From a virus (taxonomy: Duplodnaviria > Caudoviricetes), in IMG/VR virus record IMGVR_UViG_2939702853_000004, positions 37,038 through 101,037 of that record: 64,000 nt of DNA; one strand, given 5' to 3'. Below, one piece after another: positions 1 through 9,704 of the stretch. Each line of letters begins with the position of its first letter. The stretch's first letter is position 1. A program made the translations under genes and the position numbers. The notes under the pieces were generated by a model, which searched no databases, was not told the DNA's origin, and saw nothing but the letters and a program-made list of their open reading frames with translations.

Positions 1-1554
1 CATATTTAACGATCCTATTGCTTCAACCTGAGCAAAGACTGGAACCCTGTTATAGTATTCCAGATCAGTTTTAAACTTCATTAATTCTAAATTGCCGCAA
101 TAGACCTTAACAGTGTTTTTGGTTTTACCCAATGGTTTTTTATCTTCAACAAATATATCTACGATTTTAAAATTGCCTTGTTCAAAATCTTTGCCTGTGA
201 CTTTATAAAATTCTTGCACTTGTAAAATTAATCTCTCGTTTATTTCTGTTTTGTTGAACTCCAAATCATAGAAAAGCGAGTCGTCAAAGACATAATGTAT
301 TAATTTTTCATTAAGCTCCTCTTTCAGTAGGAGCATTTCATCCTTCCTTACGGATGTGCCTCCAGCTCCGTTGTGTCCTGCACCATATTTCGCGTATTCA
401 CATGCATTTAGTAGGTCCATCATCGAAAATTCGGCATCGTTCCATCTATAACTTCCTGCAAAATATTCACTGTCTTCCGAATCACCAAGTATGATTGTGG
501 GTCTATTATTATCCTGAGAAATATCTTGCGCTACAAGCCCGTTATACCCTTTTCCGATATTTGGATCATAAAGAACTATACATTTGTCTGATTTGTCTAT
601 CAGAGGCTTAAGCCTTTCAACTGCTTTTGCCTGAATCTCCTTGCGTCTGTCATTCTCATTAACTAACTGCTTAACCAATCTCTTAGTTTCATCTTCATCT
701 TCACAAAGCATAAAGTTCAATGCTAGTTTCATTTTGTCTGCTCTAGTGGCTGCGGTAATACATGGAGCCACACCATAGGAGAAATCTGTTCCATTAAGTT
801 TATTTAGATCTTTTCCTAGTTCCTTAAACAACAACTGTAGGCCGCGATGCTGAACGTTTTCCAATGCGTTTTTGTAATAAAACCTATTCTCCATTTCTTT
901 CATTGACATCATATCCGCAGCTACTGCAAATCCAGCAAGATCAATGTATTGATTAGAGTAGTCTGTAGCCATGTAATCGTCCAATACGGAACATACTTTC
1001 CAAACTAGCAATCCACCCGAAACATTCTTATTGGGATATCCACATCCCTCTTGCCGAGGATTCACTAAGATACAATATGGATTGTCTCCGTTTACTGTAT
1101 GATGGTCAATGACGAGACAATCAATTCCTTTATCGATCAATATTTTCAATGGCTCTAAATCATTACTACTACTGTCTACTGCTATGTATAAATCTGTATT
1201 GTCGTCAATTTGATCGACTATAAACTCCGATCCGTGACCAACAGAACGTTCCACATGTTTGATAGAAACATTGCCAGTGAAATTAACTAGCCATTTATAT
1301 AAAATGACTGCGGAAGAAATTCCGTCATAATCTACATCTGCATAAATTATAATTTTTTCGTGATTCTTTATCGCTTTAATGATTCTATTAGCCATTGCGT
1401 CTATGTTTTTCAATAGATAGGGACTATGTGTGTGACTTGGTGATGGATTCAGAAATTGATTGAAGTCTTCGATTCCGTTGATCTTTGCTAACTTCTCATG
1501 CAATGTGTCGTAAGTCTCAAATGGTATTTTAGGTTGTTTCTGTTTCCAATCTAT
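1..1554 (-). CDS. recJ: ssDNA exonuclease RecJ (DHH family, SPbeta YorK-like), 3' end outside window; probable ATA start
   Basis: Translated by hand (not in ORF track): IIIYADVDYDGISS and VIDHH motifs; same frame still open at position 1; GGAGTGA RBS 7 nt before ATA at 1554. Confidence 0.88.
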   Translation of the reverse strand, partial: MDWKQKQPKIPFETYDTLHEKLAKINGIEDFNQFLNPSPSHTHSPYLLKNIDAMANRIIKAIKNHEKIIIYADVDYDGISSAVILYKWLVNFTGNVSIKHVERSVGHGSEFIVDQIDDNTDLYIAVDSSSNDLEPLKILIDKGIDCLVIDHHTVNGDNPYCILVNPRQEGCGYPNKNVSGGLLVWKVCSVLDDYMATDYSNQYIDLAGFAVAADMMSMKEMENRFYYKNALENVQHRGLQLLFKELGKDLNKLNGTDFSYGVAPCITAATRADKMKLALNFMLCEDEDETKRLVKQLVNENDRRKEIQAKAVERLKPLIDKSDKCIVLYDPNIGKGYNGLVAQDISQDNNRPTIILGDSEDSEYFAGSYRWNDAEFSMMDLLNACEYAKYGAGHNGAGGTSVRKDEMLLLKEELNEKLIHYVFDDSLFYDLEFNKTEINERLILQVQEFYKVTGKDFEQGNFKIVDIFVEDKKPLGKTKNTVKVYCGNLELMKFKTDLEYYNRVPVFAQVEAIGSLNM

Positions 1555-1742
1555 AGCAAAATCACTCCCTTAAACAGATTATTGTATGCTTATTTTGAAT
1601 TTTTCAGGTAGTGTAATTTTAAGATCATTGTTTATTGCTTTCATAAAACTATAAGTGAGATACCTATTTTCTTTTCCTGTCTGTTTGTTGACGATCTTGA
1701 TATTCGCTTCTCGTTTCATATCTAATCACTCCTCAGTCCAGG

Positions 1743-2102
1743 TTAGTTTAATGCCATGCAATTCAACATCTCTACCTTTTCGGTGTCACTGAATCCCTTC
1801 CATGCAACTTGCATCTCCAGTAAAATCGAACCAAATTCACGCCAATTGCCCTCACTGTTTCTTGTGACAATCCCGTATCCATTAATCATTTCTTCTAAAA
1901 CATCCATCCTGATCGCCTCCTTAGTTTGGTGCTGCCATAACATGAGGAATTCCTCTTCGCTTATCCTTAATAAAGACTTCATTTGTGTCCAAGTTAACAA
2001 TTCGATAATTCCTGTGCATATCCACGTACTACCACAATACATAGGCAACGTGTTCCATTGAACTCCAAACTGTTGCTTCTTCAGCAGTGTTAACATCCTC
2101 AT
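1743..2102 (-). CDS. hypothetical phage protein (true start probably the internal Met of MDVLEE)
   Basis: ORF track; co-oriented; GGAGG upstream of internal ATG. Confidence 0.45.
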   Translation of the reverse strand: MRMLTLLKKQQFGVQWNTLPMYCGSTWICTGIIELLTWTQMKSLLRISEEEFLMLWQHQTKEAIRMDVLEEMINGYGIVTRNSEGNWREFGSILLEMQVAWKGFSDTEKVEMLNCMALN

Positions 2103-2187
2103 AAGGATGATCTAAACCCGAGTCCATATGCAAAAGATATTTTATTTTCCTGTGGCTGTAGCTTGAATAACAAATCTAGAAGCCTTA

Positions 2188-2451
2188 TTAGTCATTGTTG
2201 TTGCTCCCCAAAGCCTTTTCACACGCTTTCTTTACTTCACTGGCAGAGAAAAAGACATGCACTGCACTACCTTTATAGCCATATATCTCACCATCAAATT
2301 CGGCTGTAATTCTTCCTATTGGCCCACCCGGAATGAGACGCTTTGTATCCTTCTTACCCCATTTACCCGGCATAACAAGACCAACTTGAGCATCTTTGCC
2401 CAACATATTAATTTGGGTATTGCATCTATCTAGTAATTGTTGTACTTGCAT
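2188..2451 (-). CDS. hypothetical phage protein
   Basis: ORF with AAGGAG RBS, downstream of boundary site 2466. Confidence 0.7.
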   Translation of the reverse strand: MQVQQLLDRCNTQINMLGKDAQVGLVMPGKWGKKDTKRLIPGGPIGRITAEFDGEIYGYKGSAVHVFFSASEVKKACEKALGSNNND

Positions 2452-2490
2452 ACTTTTACTCCTTATAAAATAGTAGTTTTACTCATCATT

Positions 2491-2898
2491 TTATTGTTTT
2501 TCCATCCGTGCCTCTGCTTCATCAATAAGCGATTCGAATGAATCTTTAATTGTTTTTGCATATTTCAACCATCCTTCAATTTCCCAAGGTGACATTTCTG
2601 CATTACTATCTCGAAACTTAGTAGACAGACCCTGAATCTCTTGTTGAAGATATAAAAAGCGTTTATAAAATCCCATATCCGTTCTGATTGGATGTTTTCG
2701 TGTATCAGGTTCATGATAAACTGAATTTACGTCAGTCCAGAAAATCTCCCCATTCTCTACTTCCACATACAAACTATCTCCATCTACTTCTTTTACTAAT
2801 GCTTGCAAACCAATATTAAAATCATAATCACTTCTCTCGATTTCAACATATGTATCTTTTAAATAGCAATAATCCTTTGTTTTAATTTTCATTTTCAT
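2491..2898 (-). CDS. hypothetical phage protein
   Basis: ORF with RBS, flanked by boundary sites 2466 and 2919. Confidence 0.7.
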   Translation of the reverse strand: MKMKIKTKDYCYLKDTYVEIERSDYDFNIGLQALVKEVDGDSLYVEVENGEIFWTDVNSVYHEPDTRKHPIRTDMGFYKRFLYLQQEIQGLSTKFRDSNAEMSPWEIEGWLKYAKTIKDSFESLIDEAEARMEKQ

Positions 2899-2942
2899 TC
2901 CCCCTTGTTTTTTAATGACAAAATCTTGTTTTTACCGAACAT

Positions 2943-3500
2943 CTATTTGTTCAATTTCCAGTACCCTCTATTAATCCACTCTTTTACTGCATCAATAGGA
3001 TAATGACGAATAATGAAAGGGTATGAAACTGAATTGACAATATAGTCATTATTAGTTTTGACTGCAAAGAATTTCTCGCCTACTACATTTTCAAAATAAA
3101 ATGAATCTTCTAGTTTAATCTCATTCTTGTCATTATTCATTACTTCATCAAGTTCTTTGAGCAATGAGTGCATTTCTTCATTTTCTCTTGAAATCAAAAA
3201 ATTGATGTCGTTTTGGCTATATTTATTTTTAATCAAATCAATTCTTTCGTTAATTCGACGAATGCGTTTTTCTTTCACGATCTTTTTAAGTACTCGGTTT
3301 TCATGATTTCTCATATCAACTTTCGCTACAATCCATTTCGTAGCTACGCAATCAGACTCTTCCACTTTAACCACTCTTGCTGTCTCAAATCCTCTAGATG
3401 TATCGCAAACTACCCAATCATCTTTTTTAAGTTCAATATCTGTTTTGAATGCATATAGTGCTGGGTTTCCATTGTGTTTCACAAAAGCGATTTTGGTCAT
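2943..3500 (-). CDS. hypothetical phage protein
   Basis: ORF with AAGGAG RBS, flanked by sites 2919 and 3525. Confidence 0.75.
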   Translation of the reverse strand: MTKIAFVKHNGNPALYAFKTDIELKKDDWVVCDTSRGFETARVVKVEESDCVATKWIVAKVDMRNHENRVLKKIVKEKRIRRINERIDLIKNKYSQNDINFLISRENEEMHSLLKELDEVMNNDKNEIKLEDSFYFENVVGEKFFAVKTNNDYIVNSVSYPFIIRHYPIDAVKEWINRGYWKLNK

Positions 3501-3548
3501 ATGTATTATTCTCCTTTATCTATGTAAAAGTATATTTTTATAAAAAAA

Positions 3549-3752
3549 CTATAGTGTCGTACGAAGTTCGTTTAGGGATACCGCTCCACCAAATGTACAC
3601 TTGAGGTTAAACACACCCTTCATGTCGCTCTTCTTAATAATGTAAATATCTGACCCATCGTAGAAAGCTTTGTTGTGTAAATCTTCATCGGTTCTCCCAA
3701 GTTCTAATTGTTTTGAGATCCATTCGCTTATTAGCGCAGAGTTAGACTTCAT
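3549..3752 (-). CDS. hypothetical phage protein
   Basis: ORF with RBS, flanked by sites 3525 and 3773. Confidence 0.65.
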   Translation of the reverse strand: MKSNSALISEWISKQLELGRTDEDLHNKAFYDGSDIYIIKKSDMKGVFNLKCTFGGAVSLNELRTTL

Positions 3753-4027
3753 TTGCTATTCTCCTTTCTTTGTAAAACTCTTCTTTTATGATCTTAGTTA
3801 TATCTCCAAGCAACCAAAGGAATATCAGCATCTACTGACTTAAAATTTTTATTAACGAGTTTATCAATTCCTATACTGTGCTTAAAAGCCAACTCCCTAA
3901 CATATCTAAATGCACTACGTTAGAATATAATGTTGCGGGTCCTTCTGCATTTAGAAATTCAAGGATTGTCTTTGTGGTACTTCCGTTACCAACATTTTGC
4001 ATCTACAATCTCTCCTTTTGTTTATAA

Positions 4028-4417
4028 TTACTTGACTTGTTTAATTTTATATTCACTAATAAAATGCTCTAGGCTGCGCTTTTGATCTTCAGTCAACATC
4101 AGTGAGTAATTTACCAATGTCTTTTCTTTCGGTGAAGGTTTATTAATTTCTTTGTATGTAACGCTTGAAATCTCATCAATCCAATAAAGTCTATCTCCAA
4201 CATCTTGTTTGGCACTTGCTATATCTGCATGAATACTGACACTATAAAATTTGTCTGCTACTTTACAAATAAGTGACGCTTCATCCTCGTAATACCCTTG
4301 TCCACAATCTAAGTAATCTCTACCGATATCTTTAAAGTGCTCTACGATATCATTTTCTTTGGTTAAATATACTTCGTCTTCAATTACACCATATTCATCA
4401 ATTAGATATTGCTCCAT
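4028..4417 (-). CDS. hypothetical phage protein
   Basis: ORF with GAGGAG RBS. Confidence 0.7.
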   Translation of the reverse strand: MEQYLIDEYGVIEDEVYLTKENDIVEHFKDIGRDYLDCGQGYYEDEASLICKVADKFYSVSIHADIASAKQDVGDRLYWIDEISSVTYKEINKPSPKEKTLVNYSLMLTEDQKRSLEHFISEYKIKQVK

Positions 4418-4541
4418 GTTAGTGATCTCCTCTTTGTATATTTATTTTGGTAAAATTCAAATTTTATAGGCTCACATGTGCAAGTTTGAGAGGTTGTTGG
4501 CTATGAACGACCTATGATCAACCTCTACTATGTATTATTAT

Positions 4542-4784
4542 TTATTTTTGTATATAAAACTTTGCCTTACAATAATACATGAACCCTGTTGAATCTTTTC
4601 CTTCATCGTCAACTATATATGCTTCTGCTACACCGCATGAACTCGCGTTTGCCTCCCATCTGTGTAATTTGTAATACTTACCGACTGTGGTTTTAATATT
4701 GAATTTCTTATCTACTATAAAAACATGAGTTGCTTCATCTATATTCTCAGTGGGAATTAGATTTGCAGGTTGCTCTTCGTGCAT
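4542..4784 (-). CDS. hypothetical phage protein
   Basis: ORF with GAGGTG RBS, downstream of sigmaA promoter. Confidence 0.65.
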   Translation of the reverse strand: MHEEQPANLIPTENIDEATHVFIVDKKFNIKTTVGKYYKLHRWEANASSCGVAEAYIVDDEGKDSTGFMYYCKAKFYIQK

Positions 4785-4813
4785 GGAACCACACCTCTCT
4801 GTTTCGTATTTTA

Positions 4814-4842
4814 ATTATATTTGTATATCGGATTACTGTCAA
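4814..4842 (-). promoter_or_regulatory. sigmaA promoter TTGACA-17-TATAAT with overlapping ACAAATATAATTAAA motif
   Basis: Perfect -35/-10 consensus with 17-bp spacer on minus strand. Confidence 0.75.
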
Positions 4843-4877
4843 CTGATATTTTAATCTGTGTAAAAACTATATTTTAC

Positions 4878-5915
4878 TCAAACTGGTATCTTGTATTTTT
4901 CTTCATTCATTAATGTCATAAAAAATTCTATCCCTTTATCAATTGGCGCATCCTTTTCTCCCAGTACATTTCTATTCCTATGTGCCAATATACAATAAAC
5001 ATTATCTCTAATAATAAATTTACTTGCTTCCTCTTTTAGATCGCTGGCGCTTATGTTATTATCGAAGGCCAATATCACATCTACCCCTAAACGCTCAAGC
5101 TTCAACACCTGTGTTTTGCTTAATTCATGCCCACCAACACTCACAGTATGCTTAATACCATAACTCCACGCCTTCTGGACGCTCTTCTCGGCTTCCCATA
5201 CAATCACTCTGCCAGCCTTTTTTATATGATCATATGTCTTATCTAAACCGTATAGGATTTGGCTCTTTGGGGTAGGTATAGGGAACCAATATTTAGATGT
5301 TTTTAATTTTTTATAATCAAGTGTAGTTCTTCCTTTGACTCCAACTAGCGCTCCTAGTTCGTCTCTAATCGGTATTGTTATACAGCTATCCCTAAGAGAA
5401 TATCCAACTTCAAATAATCTCTGCGCATCACAACCTATTCCTTCATCAAGAAATAGTTTATTAGGGAAAGATATGTACGAATTCAGAATAGACTCATCCA
5501 CTTTTCTTAGTGGTACTTCATCGTAGACTTCGGTCTTTGGTTCAATCAAATCTAAAAAATGAAGACACGGATCGATTTCTTCTTTTGTATATTTATAGTC
5601 AGCGTAGTAGCTATAACCGCAAACCTCACAAATATAATACATAGCTTTTGAAAATGAGATATCTTTATAATGTTGAACAAGTGTTATGATATCTGGATGT
5701 CCACTACCCAGCTTTGGAAGCGGATTTGTGTAGCAGTTTACAAGTAAAGTATCAGTGAAAACCTGAAGGCTAGAAGGGTTATCTCCTCCCGGCCTTGTTG
5801 ATCTTATTTCCCCATAGCTAGACATCCTATCATTGATATGACAACCGAGAGATGTTAAAATATCCGCAACTTTATTGTCTCTTATTATGTATTCTTTTAA
5901 AGTTTGAGCATCAAT
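4878..5915 (-). CDS. DNA primase (TOPRIM; SPbeta YorJ-like); extended to ATT start at 5915
   Basis: TIPIRDELGALVGVKGR, LYGL, EAEKS and LAFDN motifs; in-frame N-terminal extension DAQTLKEYI...LGCH behind GAGGTG RBS. Confidence 0.88.
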   Translation of the reverse strand: MDAQTLKEYIIRDNKVADILTSLGCHINDRMSSYGEIRSTRPGGDNPSSLQVFTDTLLVNCYTNPLPKLGSGHPDIITLVQHYKDISFSKAMYYICEVCGYSYYADYKYTKEEIDPCLHFLDLIEPKTEVYDEVPLRKVDESILNSYISFPNKLFLDEGIGCDAQRLFEVGYSLRDSCITIPIRDELGALVGVKGRTTLDYKKLKTSKYWFPIPTPKSQILYGLDKTYDHIKKAGRVIVWEAEKSVQKAWSYGIKHTVSVGGHELSKTQVLKLERLGVDVILAFDNNISASDLKEEASKFIIRDNVYCILAHRNRNVLGEKDAPIDKGIEFFMTLMNEEKYKIPV

Positions 5916-5933
5916 TTTATATCACCTCTCAAG

Positions 5934-7466
5934 TCATTCTTCTTTGTTAAGTGCCTTTTTCAAATCCTTAACTTGTTTTTCTGTTTTAAGCTTCTTGCTT
6001 TCTTTTTTGAGTTGCTTTAATTCCTTCTCGTTTTCAGAAGGTACAAGATATCCTCTCTCAATCCATATATTTTTACCTTTATCAACCTCAAAACATAAAA
6101 TATCCTTATCTTTACCACCACGGTTTTTATCAATAACAACCATATAATAGTTTGTATGTATATCTAATTTAGTTGTAGATTCTCCAACAAACGGGTCATT
6201 AGGATTGAATATAACAAACTTATCGTATTGATCTTTAGATATTGGTTTAGCCATCATTAGTGCATCGGCTACGTGCTTAATATGTTTACCGTTAGCAATG
6301 GCTTGGCTTGTCAGCATATCATTAAACAAACTATCATCCGTCAATTGGAATGTAGACCATACTGGGATATCCTCAGTGCTTGCCACTTCCTTCAACATAT
6401 CGGCAGTCCTAACAAATGTCATCCAATCATGATCAGGCGCTTTCATTGTGTCATATATAATTAACTGACAATTTCTTAATTTGTGTCTTTTAATTTGTCG
6501 CTTAAGAGTGTTTTCGTCATACTTATTGAGTTCTAAGAAATAAATCTTACTGTTCTCTTTTATGTATCGAGCCGCTTCCTTAACGATCTCTTCTTCGTCT
6601 TCAGTCAAAGTTCCAGTTACAATTTTCGTTTCATCGATTCCGTCTATACCTTTTCTTTTCATTTGAATATCGAATCCAAATTCGGGATTGTTTAGGACGC
6701 TACTGATCTGCATACCCAACCATTCATTTTCATCCTGTTCATTCACAAGTACCAGCACAGGGATTTTCAGCTTAATTCCAAGATAACATGCTATTTTACT
6801 TGTAGTACGACTTTTACCACATCCACTATGCATCCCAAAAAGGTTGAATTTCTTACCCCTAAGTCCACGCAATAGAGAATTGATTATCTCAAATGGAATT
6901 GGTATTCCTACGTCTGGAGTTAACTTCCATTCTTCAATCTTTTCAGGCATGTTATGTCCTAAAATAACACTGTCTTCTACTCCACCAATCACTGTACCAA
7001 TAGTATTGATCTGGTACTCCATCCCTTTTATGATGTCTTCGGTTCCAATCTTATCGAAATCATTTCTATCCATTAACTTTTGAACCGGGAAACCTTTTCG
7101 TTCAAATTCTCTAAGCAGAGAAAACTTTTTAAGCTTCTCATAATAGCCGGGGAAATCATCTAAATCAACTATTCTTGTAATTCTATCTATGTATGAGTAG
7201 CCCTTCAGATAATCATACTTCTTTTTTCGTTCATCATTCGAATTCATATAGATGTTTATTTTCACTTCATTTATTTCTGTTCCTGCATGTTGACTATATA
7301 AATCAAGTAATGAATCGTACATAAACCTAGCCGATGGCTGATTAAAATCATATTTAGATTTAATCACTTCGCTATAATCCAAAAGTAGATCGGGGTTTAA
7401 ATAAAAACTTCCCACCACTAACATTTCAGTTGAAATGTCTTCGATTGTAGATGTTACGTCAGAAAT
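5934..7466 (-). CDS. replicative DnaB-like helicase (SPbeta YorI-like); probable ATT start at 7466
   Basis: Walker A GMHSGCGKS, IIYD Walker B, KNRGG motif; GAGGAGG RBS 8 nt before ATT. Confidence 0.88.
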   Translation of the reverse strand: MSDVTSTIEDISTEMLVVGSFYLNPDLLLDYSEVIKSKYDFNQPSARFMYDSLLDLYSQHAGTEINEVKINIYMNSNDERKKKYDYLKGYSYIDRITRIVDLDDFPGYYEKLKKFSLLREFERKGFPVQKLMDRNDFDKIGTEDIIKGMEYQINTIGTVIGGVEDSVILGHNMPEKIEEWKLTPDVGIPIPFEIINSLLRGLRGKKFNLFGMHSGCGKSRTTSKIACYLGIKLKIPVLVLVNEQDENEWLGMQISSVLNNPEFGFDIQMKRKGIDGIDETKIVTGTLTEDEEEIVKEAARYIKENSKIYFLELNKYDENTLKRQIKRHKLRNCQLIIYDTMKAPDHDWMTFVRTADMLKEVASTEDIPVWSTFQLTDDSLFNDMLTSQAIANGKHIKHVADALMMAKPISKDQYDKFVIFNPNDPFVGESTTKLDIHTNYYMVVIDKNRGGKDKDILCFEVDKGKNIWIERGYLVPSENEKELKQLKKESKKLKTEKQVKDLKKALNKEE

Positions 7467-7479
7467 GTTATCGCCCTCC

Positions 7480-8085
7480 TCAGTCAAACAGTGTTGTAAC
7501 ATCAATCTGGTCAGGCTCATCTTTTGATGCTACTTTGTTAATTTGAATCTGGTTAATCCTCTCGCGGACATTGCTCATTGATTCTACATGCTTACTCAAA
7601 GCTTCAGATTCAACTTGATTTCGCTTAGTTTGTCTATTCGCTCTAATGGAGTTTTCAATGTTGCTTTTTACTATTGCAAAACAATATTTTAGCTCAGCCA
7701 TTATGGTTTTGAATTCTTTATTGCCTCTGGCCCATTCTATTTTTTCAAAGCAATAATTATATGTATCTTCAATAACTTTATACGATACTCCTTGCTTGTA
7801 CCTTTTATTTATCTTCCCAAATAAAACCGAATCATTTCTAACGTCTTGTATAAATGGGAAGAAAGAATGAGGAATAGATGCTCTACCTTGCAATCTGTGT
7901 ATTTTTACTATTTTATCTGTTAGAGAATCTTTTTCTTCTTGTTCTGATTGCTTAAAAGCTCTTTCTCTCTTCCATCTTTCATGACAGTATTCTTTGTGAT
8001 AATGCCGTTTATCTGTTTCTCTAACCATATCTGCTTTATGACCGTATTGTCCACACACTGGACATTTCAATAATCGTTCTGCCAA
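7480..8085 (-). CDS. SPbeta YorH-like replication protein with CxxC motif
   Basis: CPVC...HKEYC motif; position directly upstream of helicase. Confidence 0.6.
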   Translation of the reverse strand: MAERLLKCPVCGQYGHKADMVRETDKRHYHKEYCHERWKRERAFKQSEQEEKDSLTDKIVKIHRLQGRASIPHSFFPFIQDVRNDSVLFGKINKRYKQGVSYKVIEDTYNYCFEKIEWARGNKEFKTIMAELKYCFAIVKSNIENSIRANRQTKRNQVESEALSKHVESMSNVRERINQIQINKVASKDEPDQIDVTTLFD

Positions 8086-8098
8086 CTTATCACCTCCT

Positions 8099-8935
8099 TT
8101 AAATTACAAATTTATCGAACACAGGTAGTCTCAACATGTTGTTTTTGGTATAACCTCTATGTTTAACAACGCATTTTATAAGAGGCTGAAGATATACCAT
8201 ATCGTTCGTCTCTTTAGTTTTGAGTTGCTGAAATATCTTGAATCCTGCTTGTCTCTCTGGTTTGCCCACTCCTAACTCCATTACGCCTAATATACGCTCT
8301 CCATCTGACAGCAGCCATCCGAAATCTTCTTTTCTGTATCCAGCAATAAAGAATTCGTCAACTTCATAAGCAATTACTTTTCTCCATGCGGAAGACCTTT
8401 TGCCTATTTCATACTTAGAACCAATCAATTTTTGAACGGTTCCTTCTAGCCCTTGCTGTTTCACTAAATTAAAGTACTCAATGCCTTTGCCAACAAGAAA
8501 CTTGGATTTTGTATAGTGAGTATTTACAATGAATGATTCCTCAAGTAACTCCTTACGTTCAAGCAGGGGCAGCATAGTTACATCTTTATATTTATATTTA
8601 ATGATGTCAAACGCACATGCAGTAACTTTATGTTTACTCTTATTTGATTTAAATCTCTCCATTACAGCCGAAAAGTTTGGCTTGCCATCAGTATCAGAGA
8701 CGATCAGTTCACAATCAATTACGCTGCCATCAGGAATAGGTAAAAAATCAATCAACTCAGGAAAGTTTGCTGTAATTTCATTATTATGTCGTGTATACAA
8801 TCTTGGACGGTCGATATTACTGACAATCAACCTTATTCCATCTAATTTTAACTCTGTTATATAATTATCATCGTTAAACGGTTTATTGTCCTTTGCGTAC
8901 TCTAGAAGCATTGGAGACACAAACATTTTCATCAC
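8099..8935 (-). CDS. ATP-dependent DNA ligase (LigB/YoqV-like)
   Basis: PML, ELKLDGIR (KxDGxR), AFDI, EGTVQK, YEIGKRS motifs. Confidence 0.92.
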   Translation of the reverse strand: MMKMFVSPMLLEYAKDNKPFNDDNYITELKLDGIRLIVSNIDRPRLYTRHNNEITANFPELIDFLPIPDGSVIDCELIVSDTDGKPNFSAVMERFKSNKSKHKVTACAFDIIKYKYKDVTMLPLLERKELLEESFIVNTHYTKSKFLVGKGIEYFNLVKQQGLEGTVQKLIGSKYEIGKRSSAWRKVIAYEVDEFFIAGYRKEDFGWLLSDGERILGVMELGVGKPERQAGFKIFQQLKTKETNDMVYLQPLIKCVVKHRGYTKNNMLRLPVFDKFVI

Positions 8936-9288
8936 CCATTTAACAGTATATCAAATGGGTATATACTATTTTAGCGGTAAGATATGTATATCGTTTAAAA
9001 TGAAGACTTTATACGAACTCATGATACAGTTGGATAACATTAACATTGTCGATCAATTGGTCATGCTCGTTTAAAACCATAATACATGATTCGTTTATTG
9101 GTACATATACGCCAGTTTCGTTGAGATGTTTTACAATGATTTGTTTAACCTCATCCAAACTTAAAGTATATCCCACTGTCACAGAATACCCTCCTCCTTT
9201 CTTTGGTATTAAGTCGCAGTTCTAAAATCTTTACTTCTGCCTTCCTACCTAGTACCATAAACATATTACTTTTAAGGAGCGACCTTGA

Positions 9289-9672
9289 ATGACATTGAAT
9301 GAGCAAATTGCCTTCCTTTATTATGATAAACTGTACAGCACTAGACAGGTGGCTAAGGAGCTTAATATATCTACATCGGCTGTGTCTAAAGTCTTAAAAG
9401 AACATTATACTGGCTGTCGAAATAGAAGTGCGGCATGTAACTTACGGACAACCAGCAATTATTGCACCAAGTTATCCGTTTCTCAACAAGGCGATAACAA
9501 CAATCAAAGAAAGCTTAGCTCTGAAGAAGTTATTGAAATCAGAGAGTTATATGAAGAAATGATTAAATCAAATACTAAACTCCAGTCTCAATATATGCTT
9601 GCTCAAAAGTTTGGTGTAAGAAGACCGACAATATCAGATATTGTTTTACGAAGAACATGGAAGCATATATAA
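9289..9672 (+). CDS. double HTH DNA-binding protein (HNH-endonuclease-type C-terminal HTH, no nuclease domain)
   Basis: N-terminal HTH STRQVAKELNISTSAV; C-terminal KLSSEEVIEIR...LAQKFGVRRPTISDIVLRRTWKHI; AAGGAG RBS. Confidence 0.7.
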   Translation: MTLNEQIAFLYYDKLYSTRQVAKELNISTSAVSKVLKEHYTGCRNRSAACNLRTTSNYCTKLSVSQQGDNNNQRKLSSEEVIEIRELYEEMIKSNTKLQSQYMLAQKFGVRRPTISDIVLRRTWKHI

Positions 9673-9704
9673 TTGATCAAATTGAACTTTTACTCAAAAG
9701 GATC

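Noticed and set aside
7467-7520. ORF-track N-terminus of the helicase (MSLTRL...)
   Set aside because: Overlaps the upstream gene and lacks an RBS; the strong SD points to ATT at 7466.
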